46,590 nucleotides of DNA, from contig VRMN01000032.1 in NCBI GenBank assembly GCA_008690995.1, positions 1-46,590 on the forward strand. The letters are read 5' to 3'. A model generated the notes under the pieces. The model did not search any database and was not told the DNA's origin. It saw only the letters and a program-made list of their open reading frames with translations. The translations under genes were made by a program, and so were the position numbers. How positions within the stretch are numbered: the first letter of the stretch is position 1; every line of letters starts with the position of its first letter. This DNA comes from Porphyridium purpureum. Its lineage: Eukaryota. Shown in pieces: positions 43,284 through 46,590 of this stretch.

Positions 43284-45674
43284 TCATTTCGCCTTCGGCA
43301 AACACTGATAGCCTAGTTCTTTCAACCTATGTTGCGCGTCTGTGTTTCCCTGCTCCGCGGCCTTGCTGTACCACTTGACCGCCGCGCAGCTGTCCTGCGG
43401 CAGCCCACCCTTCCCGTCCTCGTAACAAGCGCCCAACTTGTACTGCGAGTCTGTGTGTCCCCGTTCCGCGGCCTTGGTGTACCACTCGACCGCCACCTAC
43501 CTGTCTACAGGCAGCTCATCCCGCCCCTCCTCGTAAAAATAGCCCATTTTGTACTGCGCGTCTGCGTGTCCCTGTTCCACGGCTTTGCGGAACCACGCGA
43601 CCGCTGCGCTACTGTCCTGGCGCAGGCCGCCCAATCCCTTGATACAAAAGCAGCCCAGCCGACACTGCGCGCAGGCGTCTCCCTTTTCCACCGCCTTGCG
43701 GTACCACACCAGCGCTTCCGCAAAATCCTCGTTGTCCTCGGCAGTCCGACCACGTTTCTGCCAGTCTGCAGCGTCGCAGCGCGCTTCCTCGGCGGCGGCG
43801 GCCTCTTCTTCGCGCCGCCGCGCCTTAGAAAGTTCTACTTCGGGTTGTGCGGGAAGATCTCGCGCTTCTTGCTCGACATCAGCACGCTCATCCGCGGCTG
43901 GTTGAATTATGGCGTTTGCTGACTCACCAGATAGAACCGTGACCTGTGAAATATTTCCTGCCAACGCATCGACCGCTGCTGTACTGGGGCCGGATGGGAA
44001 CGCGGTATACTGGGCGGTCTGTGACTTTGGAGCCGCAGTGGCGCTCTCCGCACCCATGCGGTCATAAAACTCCCACCAGATATCCGATACTGTCGGGCGC
44101 TCCTCGGGCGTCGTCCGCAGACACGCCCTTGCTATATTCACAACCCAGGCCGGCCACTGTTTTGCGTACTCCGACCTGTTTAGTCTGTCCCACAGCACAC
44201 CCGCTTTCGGATCTTCGAAAATCCTTAAAATCTCGATTTCCGAGATTCAGGTCCCATACACCTTCTCGCCGAGCAACATTTCAAACAACATGACGCCGTA
44301 CGACCAGACGTCACTGGCGCGGCTGTACTGGATACCACCGAGCACTTCTGGAGCCAAGTGACCACAAGTGCCAACAGACGCGTCCGTGCGCGAAAAGAAC
44401 TTTCCACACCAGACAGTCCGAAATCGCCAATCTTGGGTGTCAAGTCCTCCAGGAGAAGAACATTCTGTGGTTTCATATTGCAATGGATGATATTATTTCC
44501 ATGCAAATACTTCAACCCGTCTACAATGGATCGAAAAATCGTGAGCAGCTGTTCAGGCGATCGTAATTCCTTTCCGCTGTCGAGAAACATGTGCATTTCC
44601 AACGAGCCCTTCGCAGCGTACTCGAGCACAAAAAGGGCATTCAGCGTTATGCATATCCATCTGCGTCCGCGGGTAAAACCCGCCACGCGTCTGCACAATG
44701 TTTTCATGTGAAAGCCTCCATATGATCCCCGGCTCGTTTCTTAGCTCAGCCAGCGCTTTGATCCCTGCCAACTTTATCTCCTTGATTGCTACTTCAAGTC
44801 CCATGAACATGCCCTTGAAAACGTTCCCGAAGCCAACGGCGCCGAGAGGAGATAGTATGATCCTCTCGCCATTCACATTCGTAAGCTTCTCAGCAATTGC
44901 CGCCTCAACATACCAAGGTTCACTCTGATCAAGCACCTTTGAATCAAGCCCCGAATCCGCCGCTTTCAAGTATGACTCGGTGACTTTCACTTCCAGGCCG
45001 TGCATACTGAGCACAGCACTTCTCTCCGGACAGGATCCAAGCTCGTTCTCCAATGTTTTTGTGTTGCTTAGCCCGTCGTCTTCGAGAGCGCGAACCATCT
45101 CGTCAGGGCCGGTTTCCAACCTGCGCAGAACGGCTTCCAATTCACCAATCACAACTTGGTGATCCCGGTTCTCTTGTCCACGATTTTGCGCTTGCTCGGA
45201 CGTCAAATGGAATACGAAACTACGCGCCAATCGCAACTCGAGCTCGACAAGGCGTGCGTCGCACGTCAGGAACTCACCCTGAAAGTTTTTTGCCTTCAAT
45301 ACGCGTATCGCGTGTTCGATCCCCTTCTCTGAACCGGAGAATCGCTTCAAAAGGGCGCACGCGGACTGCACTTTAGACTCTAGCTCGCTCATGCATTCGA
45401 CCAAGCTCGTGTCTTTCATATCACACGCGCCGGTCGTGCAGTTTTCGTCATTCGTGTCAAAACACGAACGGAGGGTGTTCGAGATGCTCGAGACCCGCTC
45501 CGCTAGCCTTGTGCACGAATTGCCATATGCCTTCGCGGTCAGCGCACACTCTACCAGAACGTTGGTCAACGCGAAAATGGTCTGTGCAAACGGAATCAGT
45601 TCCCCGACGTCACCGGCCACGGCGCCACCTAATTTGAGGCCGTTCGCCGCCTCGGTTCCAATGACAGTTGCCAT
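43284..45674 (-). pseudogene. Paralog of the MLKL-like/kinase/Sel1 gene, disrupted
   Basis: Same domain order: DVGELIPFAQTIFAL..CTRLAERV, GAVGFGNV, VAIK, LEYAAKGSL, HCNMKPQN, DFG, APE, Sel1 repeats. Two compensating frameshifts (~44640 and ~44400) and in-frame stops at 44247-44249 and 43497-43499. Confidence 0.88.
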
Positions 45675-46590
45675 GTTTCATTCCCGTGACTGCTCGCTCC
45701 GCAAAATCTCGAGTGACAACCGCGCACTGTGCCACGACGCACTTACGCACAACCCTCTGCAAGCACGCAACAAAGACAATCCGCGCGGCAATGAGCAACT
45801 GTCTGGACGGCAGCCGACTCCCAGTGGTCACCCGCACACGCGCCTCTACCCTTCCCGCTCGGCTTTGCTCTCTCCCCGACAGCAGCTCCGACCGGAAAAG
45901 GCCAGCTCTTCAACCAGATGTAGCAAGTCACACATGCTTGTTGCATGACGCACAACGCACGCAGCGCAGCATCGCGCAAACACACCATCTGTGCCGACGA
46001 ACACATCACAAAACGCCAGCGATTTGTCAAAGCACAAGGGCGCTGTGCCCAAAGCACACTTCCGGCGCGCGCCGCACCGGTTTATGCGGGCTGCTCATTC
46101 TCGGTTTACGCCTGGAAGAAGATCCCCGCATTCCCGCATCTTCTCCTCATCGAAAAGACGTGCCGCGCGCGCGTTATGCGCGACGTGCGTCCACGCCAGC
46201 GTGTCGCTTTGGCGCTCGCGCAGACGCGCCGCGAGCGTTCGTGATTTGATTTATTACTCAGCCGCGGCGCTTTACTAGAAAGGCCAGCCGCCTTGACGCA
46301 CACGCGCATCGCGAGACACGCGGTGTTTCATATCAACGCGGCACGGATTCGCGATTTTCACGAGTGGTGAGGTACAGCCGCGAACACTGGCGGCCACCAT
46401 GAACAGAACCTCCAACTCTCTGTGTTCAAGTTTACAATGTCATACGTAAAAGGCAGTATTTTAGTATGAAAAGCGTTGACAAGGCGAAAGTCACGGTCGG
46501 AAAGGGACCGAAGTGCGCGTCGGACAGGATACGACCCGGCCAACGTTGCGGGTGCGATGACGCAGCAAGGCGAAGGCGACATCGACTTGC

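Overview
Eukaryotic, GC-rich DNA with no obvious introns (a microalga-like genome is my inference). The left ~27 kb is a nested stack of mobile DNA, the right ~20 kb is host genes and pseudogenes. Left part: two related families (A and B) of CRE-clade non-LTR retrotransposons (C2H2 zinc fingers, RT, CCHC knuckle, restriction-like endonuclease), all on +, in head-to-tail arrays of long and 5'-truncated copies. They end in an AGAGTAACCCT telomere-like tail instead of poly(A). A 68-bp duplicated non-coding module also ends at TAACCC. A complete 9,352-bp Plavaka/CACTA-like DNA transposon (12307-21658) sits in the 3' end of family B. It has CAGTCCG termini, a 2-bp AT TSD, subterminal GGAAAAACT repeats, a transposase, a PWWP/chromo-like ORF and an unknown ORF. 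A copia RNase H/LTR remnant and a zinc-finger pseudogene follow. Right part: a gene with an MLKL/HeLo-like helical N-terminus, a kinase and near-identical Sel1 repeats, plus its decayed paralog ~14.7 kb away; an ABC-class ATPase pseudogene; a 1391-aa secreted HYR-like protein; an EEP-nuclease remnant; and short tandem repeats. The layout suggests a subtelomere built by retrotransposition onto chromosome ends (inference). Some frameshifts may be consensus or sequencing errors. Family assignments come from motif recognition by eye, not database searches.
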